A program made the position numbers and the translations under genes. A model generated the notes under the pieces. It was not told the origin of the DNA. It did not search any database and was given only the letters and a program-made list of their open reading frames with translations. A stretch of DNA of 64,000 bases from a virus, in the IMG/VR virus record IMGVR_UViG_3300029258_005166, positions 32,001-96,000 of that record. One strand, written 5' to 3'. Shown here in pieces: positions 1 through 9,400 of this stretch (positions are counted from its first letter, which is position 1; every line of letters begins with the position of its first letter).

Positions 1-958
1 GAGAATTGATTTCTGTTACAATGTCAGCCGTAGTGTTTCCAGAGATGCCCTCTAGGTCAGCAAAGTCGATTACCTGGACGACGTTGTCAATATTGACATT
101 GTCTGTTCCATCGATAACAACCTGAAGGTCTAGATCGGTCAATCCGGTAAAGTCCCACATTCCTGCTGTTTGATATCCATCGTCAGGATATCGGTCTTTG
201 CTGCCGGTATATTGAGCCTGAGTCATGCCTTGACCAAGACCAACAACGTTATCAAGAATGCTACTTCCAGCCGGGGCAACCAAAGCTCCACCGACGAGCG
301 AATCTTGAACCGACATAAATTCTAGGGACGCATCAGGACCATACGAAAAAGTCGTTCGCACCCCTAAACGATTGTCGCCAGTGTAGAAAAATTCAATACC
401 ATCGATGTCAGTCTCAAGCTGGAGGTTTAGATCCTCTGCCAATTGAGCAGCAGAATAACCACTGGCTACAACGACTGGGTCATCGTGATCTGCATCTGCG
501 AGAACAACAAGGACTTTGGAGGCCAGGACACCATTTAGTCTCCACCTGAAAAATCTTGCTGTCGCAAAGCTGTAATTACCGGCAGTATCAGTCGTGATTA
601 TGATTTGGCCACCGGCTGATGGAACATCAACTTCGGCGGTTTGGGCACGTTCATGACTTACTGCGTCTTCGTCACCTACGCGAACAACAAACAATTCGTT
701 GGCGACCAACAAATACTGTTCGGCGGCATAAATGAGGTACGGGTCACCCGTTTCAGGATGCGGATACCCAAAGACGGTGTTAAGCATTCGCTTAGAACTA
801 ATCATCGTAGGAACATTGATAGGGCCTTTAGATGCAAAGCCCACCAATCCTGCTCGATGAAAGGACTGTTCCGGTGGAATGAAACTTAAGTCTTTCTCAG
901 TTATACGAACAGATGGTGATATTGTGTTGCTCGGCGGAAATCCTCTTAGAATCGCCAT
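1..958 (-). CDS. Tail sheath protein (T4 gp18-like), N-terminal part, runs off the window
   Basis: Hand translation from ATG at 958: MAILRGFPPSNTISPSVRITEKDLS...GLVGFASKGPINVPT...VFG...VVRVG, the sheath signature SP(G/S)V..E.D / GF..KGP. Not in the ORF track because it is truncated. Confidence 0.9.
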   Translation of the reverse strand, partial: MAILRGFPPSNTISPSVRITEKDLSFIPPEQSFHRAGLVGFASKGPINVPTMISSKRMLNTVFGYPHPETGDPYLIYAAEQYLLVANELFVVRVGDEDAVSHERAQTAEVDVPSAGGQIIITTDTAGNYSFATARFFRWRLNGVLASKVLVVLADADHDDPVVVASGYSAAQLAEDLNLQLETDIDGIEFFYTGDNRLGVRTTFSYGPDASLEFMSVQDSLVGGALVAPAGSSILDNVVGLGQGMTQAQYTGSKDRYPDDGYQTAGMWDFTGLTDLDLQVVIDGTDNVNIDNVVQVIDFADLEGISGNTTADIVTEINS

Positions 959-962
959 TTTT

Positions 963-1184
963 TTAATCTCCCTTGTTCTTCTTGTTTGGAATGTACCTTG
1001 TCGAAATTAGACCCTTTTGCTCTAAACGATCAATGTACTCTGTAACCTTTTCATCTTCTAGTAAACAGACATTGTTCTTAGCCCCGACTCCGGGAAGGTT
1101 CAAAGTCGTGAAGGCTCTAGGAGCTTTTCGCGACCTTACTATTAACTGGACTGGACTACGACTCTTATTTCGGACTTCAATCAT
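963..1184 (-). CDS. Small hypothetical protein of the tail operon
   Basis: 73 aa ORF coupled between the gp15-like gene and the sheath gene. Confidence 0.7.
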   Translation of the reverse strand: MIEVRNKSRSPVQLIVRSRKAPRAFTTLNLPGVGAKNNVCLLEDEKVTEYIDRLEQKGLISTRYIPNKKNKGD

Positions 1185-2194
1185 TGTTCTAATTCCTCAA
1201 CAGCTTGTTCCAGTCTCCCCAATGTTTCTGTTATCTCCTCAGGTTCTACTTCGTTGAAAAAATCAACCCGAGTTTTTAACACTGCTTTCTTTCTTACTAT
1301 TGGCTGTGGTATATATGTTTGAGCCGTCATATTAAACTGATATTTGATAATTCTCAGTTTTTGGTCTCCCGGTTCGAAATTTATGTTATTAGCAATGGAG
1401 TCTAAAGTTACAATAACTTCCCATTGAACACCTCTTACGTTTATGTATGCGACAGGACTGAATTTTGGGATGATTTGTTCCTCTATCTGGTCCATCACGG
1501 ACTGATATAGCGTCCAAACAAGCAAGCTATAACTGACATTCATCGGCAGTCCTCTTGCTACCCCAAAGACTGTATCTCTTTCGTACTTCTCACTCACTGT
1601 AAACCCTGGTTTTCGGTCGGGTCGCATGTCGTTCATGTAATCCACGGCCTGATGATAGATGTATCGGGTTTGATCGAACTGATGTTCAGTGGAGTGAATC
1701 GCCATGATGGGCAATCGAATCCGATCTACCACCAAGCTATTGTCCTTTCGCATATTATCGGCCAGGATGTATTGAACAGCACGCTCCTGAGAAGCCCACA
1801 AAATCGGCACGGGATGCAACTTGCCAGTTTGGTCGTCGCTGACAACAACGTTTTTAAAGAGATCGACCATGGCTTCGTTCGTTCCACGAATCGCTTTGGG
1901 ATAACGATAAACAACATCTCGGTTTGGCTTTTGGGGATCTTCGTAAATTTGTCCCGTCTGCATAGGATCGCAAAGCCCACTTCGCCCTAGACCATACTTT
2001 TTATTTGCAGCCTCACTTAACCAGCCCATATCGGGTCGGCTAGCGACTTGTTGGAGGGATGGAGTCCCCTCAGGAAAATCACACTGTTTTGGCGGGTCGT
2101 CTCTGTTGCGTTCTTCTTGAATCGGGCTAATGTCATTGCACTCATTCAGACCCTTGATTTGATGGGTCCCAGGATTTACTGGTTTCCGACTCAT
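1181..2194 (-). CDS. Tail sheath stabilizer/terminator (T4 gp15-like)
   Basis: Motifs LFKNVVV..PVPILWA and IRLPIMAI, plus position between neck and sheath genes. Confidence 0.75.
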   Translation of the reverse strand: MSRKPVNPGTHQIKGLNECNDISPIQEERNRDDPPKQCDFPEGTPSLQQVASRPDMGWLSEAANKKYGLGRSGLCDPMQTGQIYEDPQKPNRDVVYRYPKAIRGTNEAMVDLFKNVVVSDDQTGKLHPVPILWASQERAVQYILADNMRKDNSLVVDRIRLPIMAIHSTEHQFDQTRYIYHQAVDYMNDMRPDRKPGFTVSEKYERDTVFGVARGLPMNVSYSLLVWTLYQSVMDQIEEQIIPKFSPVAYINVRGVQWEVIVTLDSIANNINFEPGDQKLRIIKYQFNMTAQTYIPQPIVRKKAVLKTRVDFFNEVEPEEITETLGRLEQAVEELEQ

Positions 2195-2252
2195 AATATT
2201 TCCTCAACCTAAAGTAGATATTCAAAATTTGTCGTTTCTCACTGAAATAAAT

Positions 2253-2405
2253 ATGGATATGAAACCCTACAAAATAAAGAAGAAGGCAGACTCCATATCT
2301 GTCAAGTACATTCCATTTTCTCCGAAGTTACCTAAGCCCAAGCTACCTAGAAAGCTGTTCACGAAGGTTCATGAGGCCAAAAACGCTGAATGGACGTTTA
2401 ATTGA
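2253..2405 (+). CDS. Small basic peptide, not in the ORF track
   Basis: MDMKPYKIKKKADS...AEWTFN*; an ATAAATA box lies 5 nt before the ATG at 2259. Confidence 0.45.
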   Translation: MDMKPYKIKKKADSISVKYIPFSPKLPKPKLPRKLFTKVHEAKNAEWTFN

Positions 2406-2931
2406 TCTCAAAGTCTGGTTTTTTCTGGGTTACATTACCCTCGCCAGTTACAACGCTTTCTTGGAACCGCTGACAGTAAAGCTCTAATCGAATTTCGCCC
2501 CAAAGCTTATATTCGCCAGTATTTCTTTGGATAATGACCCAATCCTCACGCTTGTGTGGAGTGTGGATGCGTGACCCAATTTTTGGCGGGTGGCCTACCG
2601 CATCCAGAACAGCCCGATAGTTCAATTCCATTTTCAATTCAGTCGGAGCATCAATCCCGAAATGATCTTGCTGATTTTCGGAAGGAACTGGTTCGTAGAG
2701 AGCCCAAAGCTGCACTGGCACTGGAGACCAAAGTTTTCCTGGATCTTCTCTGTAAAGTCGGTCAATCGTGCTTGCCTGTATAAAGACTTCGTAGTAAAAA
2801 ACAGGGGAACCACCCATTTCGATGATCTCTTGATCCCAGAGATTGAACAAACAGTGTTCGGGATTCTCAGGATCGAACTGTTGAATACTTCCAACAGCTT
2901 TATAAGGTTGTCCATTACTATTCAGTAGCAT
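2398..2931 (-). CDS. Neck/head-completion protein (T4 gp14-like)
   Basis: E.I.M.G..V.Y, D.LY.ED and FGID pattern typical of gp14; near the gp13-like and gp15-like genes. Confidence 0.75.
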   Translation of the reverse strand: MLLNSNGQPYKAVGSIQQFDPENPEHCLFNLWDQEIIEMGGSPVFYYEVFIQASTIDRLYREDPGKLWSPVPVQLWALYEPVPSENQQDHFGIDAPTELKMELNYRAVLDAVGHPPKIGSRIHTPHKREDWVIIQRNTGEYKLWGEIRLELYCQRFQESVVTGEGNVTQKKPDFEIN

Positions 2932-2948
2932 GTAGGTATATAGTTTTG
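2932..2948. promoter_or_regulatory. Shared bidirectional late-promoter box
   Basis: TATATA palindrome at 2937-2942 reads CTATATA-5nt-ATG on minus and GTATATA-6nt-ATG on plus, between divergent genes. Confidence 0.5.
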
Positions 2949-3581
2949 ATGATAAAAAACAAAGATGGCACTTCTTATACTCTTAGCAAACCAAACAAAC
3001 TTGCAGCGACACAGTTGAGGTGGGATTTGGAAAGAATGATCTTTCACAATTGGCATTGGGAGGAAATCTTTCAAGAAAAGCTTGAGGATATTGCCGAAAT
3101 CATAGAGAGCGAGAGAGAAAAGGAAGATTTCCAAGCAGAGACCATCGCTATCATCGATGAAATGCCGGAACCAAAACCGGAACCCATCATCGCCATCGAC
3201 AAAAAAGAATCAGAACCCGAACCAAAAATTCAAGAAGAGTTACCTGAATTGAAGAACGTTATCCTTTTCCATTGTCTGCCCGCCCGCGTGAAGCAAACGT
3301 ATGATGATCTTTATGGGGAAAACATAGAGAAGGTGGAGTATGGTAAAAAATTTATCTTTCCAGGCATCATTCTCGCAAACGTGGACCTAATGATGCGTTT
3401 TTGGACCAGTGATCCACATTCGCAAATTGGCAAACAATCCATCGTTTTTCCATACAGGTATAAAGATGGCCCCAAACTCAAAGAATTTCGCTGGTGGCGG
3501 ATCACGCAGAAGATCCCCAAAGAAGTGGGATTTATTTTCGAAGGAATACCGTCTAGCTTTCAACCAGATTTCTCAGACTAA
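2946..3581 (+). CDS. Hypothetical phage protein
   Basis: 211 aa ORF with a PE-rich linker. Confidence 0.7.
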   Translation: MMIKNKDGTSYTLSKPNKLAATQLRWDLERMIFHNWHWEEIFQEKLEDIAEIIESEREKEDFQAETIAIIDEMPEPKPEPIIAIDKKESEPEPKIQEELPELKNVILFHCLPARVKQTYDDLYGENIEKVEYGKKFIFPGIILANVDLMMRFWTSDPHSQIGKQSIVFPYRYKDGPKLKEFRWWRITQKIPKEVGFIFEGIPSSFQPDFSD

Positions 3582-3886
3582 TCAAAGATTTTTGGTGATG
3601 GCTTGGGATTTAAAACTTCCGTGGTGATTTCGGCTTTTATACCTAGCTTGCTAAGTTCTTTCTGATAGTTTGCTACCGCCCTAAAGAAACCGGCCTCGTA
3701 CAAATCAGCCACCAAACGACCAAACCTTTCCATATCTTCCTTAGTTTGCAGAGCGGCAGATATCCGTTCTATGATCGGCTCGTTCTCTTTGTATTTGATC
3801 GGGAGGAGATTGGCGACATACTGCTTCAGCACAAGTCCATGTGGATTTGACAAGTATTGCATCCAACCGGACAAGTCTTCACTCAT
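3578..3886 (-). CDS. Hypothetical protein
   Basis: Likely start MSEDL at 3886, overlapping the upstream stop. Confidence 0.7.
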   Translation of the reverse strand: MSEDLSGWMQYLSNPHGLVLKQYVANLLPIKYKENEPIIERISAALQTKEDMERFGRLVADLYEAGFFRAVANYQKELSKLGIKAEITTEVLNPKPSPKIFD

Positions 3887-4071
3887 TTCTTCTTCCTCTT
3901 TTTCTTGGTCCAATGTTTAATGGGCCCTTCTTTCGGACTTACAGCCGTTTTGCCGGGAGCCCCCCACCAATTCCAGTCTTCCTTAGGCTTTTGGGAGGGA
4001 TCGTAGACGACTCCAGTGCCAACCATTTCGCCCACCATCTCTAACCAAGTTTTAAATTCTAGTTTTTCCAT
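3883..4071 (-). CDS. Putative internal virion peptide (CTS-like N-terminus)
   Basis: Starts MEKLEFKTWLE; CTAAATA box 4 nt before ATG; basic tail. Confidence 0.65.
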   Translation of the reverse strand: MEKLEFKTWLEMVGEMVGTGVVYDPSQKPKEDWNWWGAPGKTAVSPKEGPIKHWTKKKRKKK

Positions 4072-4087
4072 ACTTTATTTAGCAAAA

Positions 4088-4122
4088 AAGCCCGCTTTTC
4101 GCCTACGGCGAAAAGCGGGCTT
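4088..4122. terminator. Perfect 16-bp hairpin with triloop, between divergent genes
   Basis: AAGCCCGCTTTTCGCC-TAC-GGCGAAAAGCGGGCTT with an A-run on the left. Confidence 0.7.
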
Positions 4123-4139
4123 CATTCATAGATACCTAC

Positions 4140-5045
4140 ATGAGTACCACCAGTTGCTACAACAACACCTTGGCAATCAGTAGGCCATCACAGGACGCAA
4201 TGTCAAGTCTTTCTTGCTCAACCACTTCCTGTGAGTCAGATGTCGGCCATGCTGATCCATTGAATAAGTCAGAATTGGGACCTCGTCCTAATCGAGAAAA
4301 GGTACGAGCCCAAATTCGCGAGTATATCCTACACATGCTGGGAGCCCCGGCCCTCAAGCTAGAGTTGGACGAACAAAACATCAATTTTTGTATCGATCAG
4401 GCACTTAAAATATTTGAGGATTATGCTCCTCGCGAATATTTTCAATACTATACGTTCCGTACAGTACCAGGACAGAGTGTCTATGAAATGCCACCTGACG
4501 TAGGACTAGTTCGGAATGTGTTTTACAAGGAACAGGGCACCTTTGCTTTTCAAGCATCGGACTTAGATGGAGCGATCCCAATCGAGTATTTCTATCCCGG
4601 TGGAAGTTACGCCAGCATTCAGGGGGGTTTGATAGACCCCATACAGCCCATTTGGGGCAGGATGGGAGAATGGGTCCTTTATAAACAATACGAACAAATG
4701 TATAGTCGAGTATCCTCTAATTTAGGCGGATGGGAATGGCTTGGTGGATTCAAGCACATCAAGATTTATCCAATTCCGTATACAACGCACCAAGTTATTG
4801 TTCACTACTTGCAAAAATTAAAAGACTGGAACGAAGTCACCCAGGCTATGCAGGAAGGGGCTTTGACCTATGCCAAGGAAATTCTTGCAAGGATACGCGG
4901 TAAATACGCTAACCCGCCCGGTCCCGGTGGCGGCATCCAACTAGATTGGCAGGCTCTACAACAAGAAGCGAAAGACGAAAGAGAGAGATGGTTTTCTGAT
5001 CTTATTGAGAAGTTTGGAGACCTTCCTTACATATCTCTCGATTAG
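4140..5045 (+). CDS. Neck protein (T4 gp13-like)
   Basis: YIL.MLGAP.LKLELDEQ...CIDQAL and IRGKY...PGPGGGIQLD signatures. Confidence 0.85.
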   Translation: MSTTSCYNNTLAISRPSQDAMSSLSCSTTSCESDVGHADPLNKSELGPRPNREKVRAQIREYILHMLGAPALKLELDEQNINFCIDQALKIFEDYAPREYFQYYTFRTVPGQSVYEMPPDVGLVRNVFYKEQGTFAFQASDLDGAIPIEYFYPGGSYASIQGGLIDPIQPIWGRMGEWVLYKQYEQMYSRVSSNLGGWEWLGGFKHIKIYPIPYTTHQVIVHYLQKLKDWNEVTQAMQEGALTYAKEILARIRGKYANPPGPGGGIQLDWQALQQEAKDERERWFSDLIEKFGDLPYISLD

Positions 5046-5163
5046 ACGACTTTCCTCAAATTATTTTGGACTAAAAAAATAACCTCCTTACTAATCTTCA
5101 GCCAATTACGCAGAAGGAAAACAACAGCAAACACGCTAAATATAGCAAGAGGAAATTCAAGAA

Positions 5164-5685
5164 ATGGCTGAAGACCAAGGGCATCCTGCTGGAATGAACT
5201 TCAAAGAATTTATCAATATAGACGAAAACACAAGCATTACTGAACTTTTCAGTGAAGCCACAACTGCTACGCGGTATAGTGTGGAAGTCAACTATCGCAG
5301 CAAAGTCAAAGAAGTTTTAGAAGCTTATGCGAAGATCGTTCTTGGATACGTGAGTGCCGCTCTCAAGCAAAACGATTATCATGTCAAGCAAGTTTTCGAT
5401 GAATCTCCCATGAGGATCATTGTTTCCACTAGAAATTTTGACGACGGAGAGTGGACTGGGATCGTTCTCTTCAATCCTCACAAAGAATGTTTCATAGTAG
5501 CAAAGGGATTCTACAACAAAAACAGAAAGACCGTGTCCATCCAAGGCAGCAAGAAATGTGATGGCGACTCCGCTGCGGAGATCACGAAAGAAATCCGCAA
5601 TGTCATGCACAATCTCAAGGGCAAGAAGGATCGCTATCGCGAAAAACTTCGACCGGTTCCGCTCAAAAGAGGCCCGAAAAGATGA
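5164..5685 (+). CDS. Hypothetical protein with CTS-like segment
   Basis: MNFKEFINIDE at 5194 is a possible start. Confidence 0.7.
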   Translation: MAEDQGHPAGMNFKEFINIDENTSITELFSEATTATRYSVEVNYRSKVKEVLEAYAKIVLGYVSAALKQNDYHVKQVFDESPMRIIVSTRNFDDGEWTGIVLFNPHKECFIVAKGFYNKNRKTVSIQGSKKCDGDSAAEITKEIRNVMHNLKGKKDRYREKLRPVPLKRGPKR

Positions 5686-5906
5686 ATTTTAGGAAATGGT
5701 TAGCCAATGAAGAGAGTGGCTTTCATACGGGCGGCATGATGGCTACAACTAAGCAGGGTTACGATCAAAATCTCCAGGAACCCGAAGGATTGGCATATCG
5801 CAAACCTGTCATTCCAAAGAGGCAAACTTGGCTAGCCAAGAAAATAGCTGCTTTGTTTGGAAAGAAGGAGGAAGCGGGAGCCCCCAATCGGGCTGCACCA
5901 TCTTAA
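5682..5906 (+). CDS. Putative internal virion protein
   Basis: Starts MNFRKWLANEE; ATGA overlap with the previous gene. Confidence 0.65.
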   Translation: MNFRKWLANEESGFHTGGMMATTKQGYDQNLQEPEGLAYRKPVIPKRQTWLAKKIAALFGKKEEAGAPNRAAPS

Positions 5907-6135
5907 TGAGGGAATACATCCCTGCTGAAAAACCTAATACCACACTTATCAAAATGAATAGCGGGGTTGTGCCTAGCCAGCGGTCTAGAAAAATTCCTCC
6001 TATACCCGGCAACGAGAACATACCGCAGATAGAGGTGATTCTAGAAACCCAGGACATGGCCTCGGCCAAATTTGAGGCGTCGGTTTTCTTCAAAGTACGG
6101 CTCCTTCGTATTTCCAATCGTGTCGGATTCGCCAC
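5809..6135 (-). CDS. AtpZ/AtpI-family (ATPase gene 1) membrane protein
   Basis: G.FLDRWLGTTPLF...LGFSAG two-helix signature; the real start may be TTG at 6093. Confidence 0.7.
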   Translation of the reverse strand: MANPTRLEIRRSRTLKKTDASNLAEAMSWVSRITSICGMFSLPGIGGIFLDRWLGTTPLFILISVVLGFSAGMYSLIKMVQPDWGLPLPPSFQTKQLFSWLAKFASLE

Positions 6136-7058
6136 CCAGTTTTAGATGGATAGAAGATGATCTGTCGGATTTCGTTCATATTGGGACTATCGGTTATGCA
6201 GTCGTTTAGATTGATATTTTGACCATCCCAATCATAAACCCTGGCTCCGTGCGGAAGCGGCCAAAGGAAAGTCGCTATATCCTCTATGTATTTGAACAAT
6301 TCTCCCGGATTCTCTTTTGTTCCCACCAGATTGACTTGATTTTTTTCCACCCATTCGGTCGCTGCTTTGCATTTCGATTGATCTTTATCTGGAGAGGTTA
6401 CATCTCGAATTGTCAGATGCTTGACATCGTATTGCTTACATGAGGCCTTAAGAGCAACTACTTCATCGATGCAGTCAATACCTCCTTTTACCGAGGTGAC
6501 GTTAATACGGACATCAAAATCAAGATCTCGCAGGAATTGGACCGTATCCCAAATCACGAACAACGGCTCTTTAGAACCATGCCGCATAATTTGGGCATTA
6601 CGAAAACTATCGTAATGTGTGATAGAAAGACAAATCAAATTAAGACCTAATTTTCTCCACTCACGAAGATCGTCCTCCATTTTTTGAAGTCTAATCCCAT
6701 TTGTTTGAAGTTCCACAAAGGAGAATGGGATATCATCCATGATAGGATTCGCCCATAAAAACCGTCCACAGCGTCGGGTAAATCTTCCAATCTGCCACAA
6801 CTGATAAGGCCAGAGTATCCCGTTCAATCGGTCCAGATATTGGAATACCGTATCCGGGTAAAGTGTCGGTTCCCCTTTGCCCGTAAAGAGAATGGTCTGG
6901 GCATTACCCTCTTTCGCCAACAATACGAACTTCTTAAACCTACTCCAGTTCGGGGTGGCGGGCATCTTCTCGATTCCCGTCATCTTGGAAATGCAATAAG
7001 GACAGGAAGCATTGCATTTCGCCCCACCGGTCATAACGGAACAGGAGAAGATTTCCAT
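6090..7058 (-). CDS. Radical SAM protein
   Basis: CNASCPYC (CxxxCxxC), TGKGEP and QTNG motifs. Confidence 0.9.
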   Translation of the reverse strand: MEIFSCSVMTGGAKCNASCPYCISKMTGIEKMPATPNWSRFKKFVLLAKEGNAQTILFTGKGEPTLYPDTVFQYLDRLNGILWPYQLWQIGRFTRRCGRFLWANPIMDDIPFSFVELQTNGIRLQKMEDDLREWRKLGLNLICLSITHYDSFRNAQIMRHGSKEPLFVIWDTVQFLRDLDFDVRINVTSVKGGIDCIDEVVALKASCKQYDVKHLTIRDVTSPDKDQSKCKAATEWVEKNQVNLVGTKENPGELFKYIEDIATFLWPLPHGARVYDWDGQNINLNDCITDSPNMNEIRQIIFYPSKTGWRIRHDWKYEGAVL

Positions 7059-7441
7059 CAGAATGGCGGCTCCTTACTTTCGTGAATATGCCCACAATCT
7101 TGGCATTTCCATCGAAATACAGCATTCGGATCTCGCACAAGAAAGGTATTCAAATAGTTGCCAAGATATTTGATAAGGACAATCAATTGTTCGGTTTCAA
7201 GAGTAGAATCCGACTGTAATTCACAAGGTCTATCGCAATATTCGCCCAGACATTCGATTTTTTGCTTCCTGGGAAAAAGATCACCATTAGCGATTTCATC
7301 TTCACATTCGTCACTCCCAGGACATTGAGAGCGGCACCAGTTACAGACAAAGAATCCCTTGAGGTCAACCTTCGGAGGCCCATTCCATGAGTTTTCTTGA
7401 GATGAGGGGCAATGCTTTTCGGAGACCATCTTCATCCTCAA
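7058..7441 (-). CDS. Cys-rich hypothetical protein, probably zinc-binding
   Basis: Several CxxC motifs. Confidence 0.55.
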   Translation of the reverse strand: MRMKMVSEKHCPSSQENSWNGPPKVDLKGFFVCNWCRSQCPGSDECEDEIANGDLFPRKQKIECLGEYCDRPCELQSDSTLETEQLIVLIKYLGNYLNTFLVRDPNAVFRWKCQDCGHIHESKEPPF

Positions 7442-7646
7442 AAGGTCTTAGTGATAGAATTTGTTTGAGTCTTTTGGGGCCGATACCTTTAATTTTAGCT
7501 AGCTCGTCTTCTTTTGCTTCGTTCAATCTTGCTATCGGTTTTGGTATGCTTGGTGGCTCTGGTTTGTTTGGTTGTTCGGGCTCTGGTTCGACTAATTCGC
7601 CTACGTCTAGATTTCTTTTTTTCCAATCTTTCCAACTTGGCAGCAT
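7365..7646 (-). CDS. Helix-hairpin-helix (ComEA-like) DNA-binding protein
   Basis: LNEAKEDELAKIKGIGPK...RPF HhH motif. Confidence 0.75.
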   Translation of the reverse strand: MLPSWKDWKKRNLDVGELVEPEPEQPNKPEPPSIPKPIARLNEAKEDELAKIKGIGPKRLKQILSLRPFEDEDGLRKALPLISRKLMEWASEG

Positions 7647-7917
7647 TTTTCTCCTTTTGCTTTTGTCTTTTCTCGCAGGCTTTTTGGGCGGTTTCTTTCT
7701 TAGTATGTTCGCTGATAATCTCCCAGCATTTATTATTATTTAGTTCCTCAGCGTACCATTTATCAGCCCATTTTTGCTTCTTCGGGGCTTGCTCCCCATA
7801 CCTTATATGAGAAAAAACTACCCGATATTTCCCGCATTTCGTGCCCCAAATCTTGCGATCTGCCACTATCGTTTGGTCCTTTCGACAGCGTTTGTTCCAG
7901 ACCAGGGGTTTAATCAT
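7495..7917 (-). CDS. Hypothetical basic protein
   Basis: 140 aa ORF with ATGA overlap to the UDG stop. Confidence 0.55.
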   Translation of the reverse strand: MIKPLVWNKRCRKDQTIVADRKIWGTKCGKYRVVFSHIRYGEQAPKKQKWADKWYAEELNNNKCWEIISEHTKKETAQKACEKRQKQKEKNAAKLERLEKKKSRRRRISRTRARTTKQTRATKHTKTDSKIERSKRRRAS

Positions 7918-8526
7918 GAAATAGTGCCTCCATTAACTTGATCCCTTAGTTTGAGCAGAAGTTGAATGTCGTCCCATGTGTCCTTTTTCGCTTTGGGATT
8001 GCGAAGCAAGTATGAAGGATGATACCACACCAAAAACCAATAGCGGCTCCCAGTCTCATAAACTTTTCCTCGCAATGGTCCCAACGCTTGTATTTCTCCC
8101 AGAAAATTCTCTGCCGCATATTTTCCAAGACAGACAACAAACCTCGGATTTATTATTTCAAGCTGAAGATCAAAGATCGGCCTGCAATTCTTGATTTCTT
8201 CGGGTTTGGGATTTCGATTGTCAGGTGGCCAACATTTCAAGACGTTCATCTTTCTCAGGGTCCAAACCTCCACTTTCCAAAATGTTGTCGAGCAATTTGC
8301 CTGCCCGACCCACAAAGGCTAATCCCTCTCTATTCTCGTCACGACCTGGAGCTTCTCCCACCAACACAATATCTGCATCGGGATTTCCTGACTTCGCTAA
8401 CTGATTGTCTTCCTCGTAATTTATATTGTCAAAGACAATTTGTGTTCTGTTAGCAACTAATTCTGGACATTTTTGACATTCACAAACTTTTGCTTTTAAC
8501 AATTTAAGCATTTCTAGTTTTGTCAT
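7914..8526 (-). pseudogene. Family 4 uracil-DNA glycosylase with an element-derived N-terminus and a frameshift near 8248
   Basis: GEAPG..E..EG..FVGRAG is in ORF 8221-8526; NVLKCWPP.NRNP...C and HPSYLL are in ORF 7914-8315. Confidence 0.85.
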
Positions 8527-8531
8527 TTTGA

Positions 8532-8774
8532 TTATTCCTGCTTAAACGGTTTACCGTCATCTTCTTTCCAAAATCGTCCATTCAAAAAGACAAATTCAGT
8601 TCCTAATTGAACAAATGCCTCATCACCACGCTCATTGAAATATCGTGTGATAACATTAGGAGAATTAACTGGTCCATTGAGGGAAGGAGTAATTTTTACC
8701 TCTTGTGAAACATATAACTTATCTTTGTTGCCATCTGCATCAATTATGGGTATAATTCTCACTTCGTTTTGCAT
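8532..8774 (-). CDS. Hypothetical protein (element cargo)
   Basis: 80 aa ORF in the element operon. Confidence 0.6.
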   Translation of the reverse strand: MQNEVRIIPIIDADGNKDKLYVSQEVKITPSLNGPVNSPNVITRYFNERGDEAFVQLGTEFVFLNGRFWKEDDGKPFKQE

Positions 8775-9400
8775 GAATCGTTCTCCATCTTTTTATTTAT
8801 AGCATCTACTAACTTTGTCATAGGACGCAAGGTATCAACAGGCAATACATAATTTAAGTGACCGTTGCCTTTGCGTCCTGGTTCTACGTTGCATTTTTCG
8901 ACATCTTGCTTTAAGGCAAATCCTGTCATAACAACAATTGCGGACTTCTTCTCTCGATTTTCTTGTTCAATATATGCACATACGAAAATGTCTTTATCAA
9001 GAGGAATCTTCTTTCCCCATTCATTTGTGTGATATATCAACACATCCTCACGGTATCGCATCGCACATTTCATATCAGCTTTATATCCGAAAATTAAATT
9101 GTCTTGCCGATCTCCACCACGCTTATATTCCGTATCAACAGGCAATCCAGTTAATTTACCAAAAGCCATTTGTGCTAAAATGCCAGTTCGGGCAGGTTTG
9201 TATTTATCATCTTTTGTTGCTCCTAAACCTGCTCCATAAGCCCCTGGTTTCGAGTTTCCCCAAAAATTACCTCCTTGTGAGGCTCGCTCGCATTCTTCAT
9301 ATTCTTGCCCCTCGACTTCTACTACAATACATTCTTTTTCTCTTCCATTAAATTGCCGTTTCGCAATTTGTGGCTGAAAAATCTTCGTTGGATGATACAT
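8759..9400 (-). CDS. Putative PD-(D/E)xK restriction endonuclease
   Basis: GDRQD...ADMK motif; overlaps the 3' end of the methylase; start MYHPT inferred. Confidence 0.5.
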   Translation of the reverse strand: MYHPTKIFQPQIAKRQFNGREKECIVVEVEGQEYEECERASQGGNFWGNSKPGAYGAGLGATKDDKYKPARTGILAQMAFGKLTGLPVDTEYKRGGDRQDNLIFGYKADMKCAMRYREDVLIYHTNEWGKKIPLDKDIFVCAYIEQENREKKSAIVVMTGFALKQDVEKCNVEPGRKGNGHLNYVLPVDTLRPMTKLVDAINKKMENDSCKTK

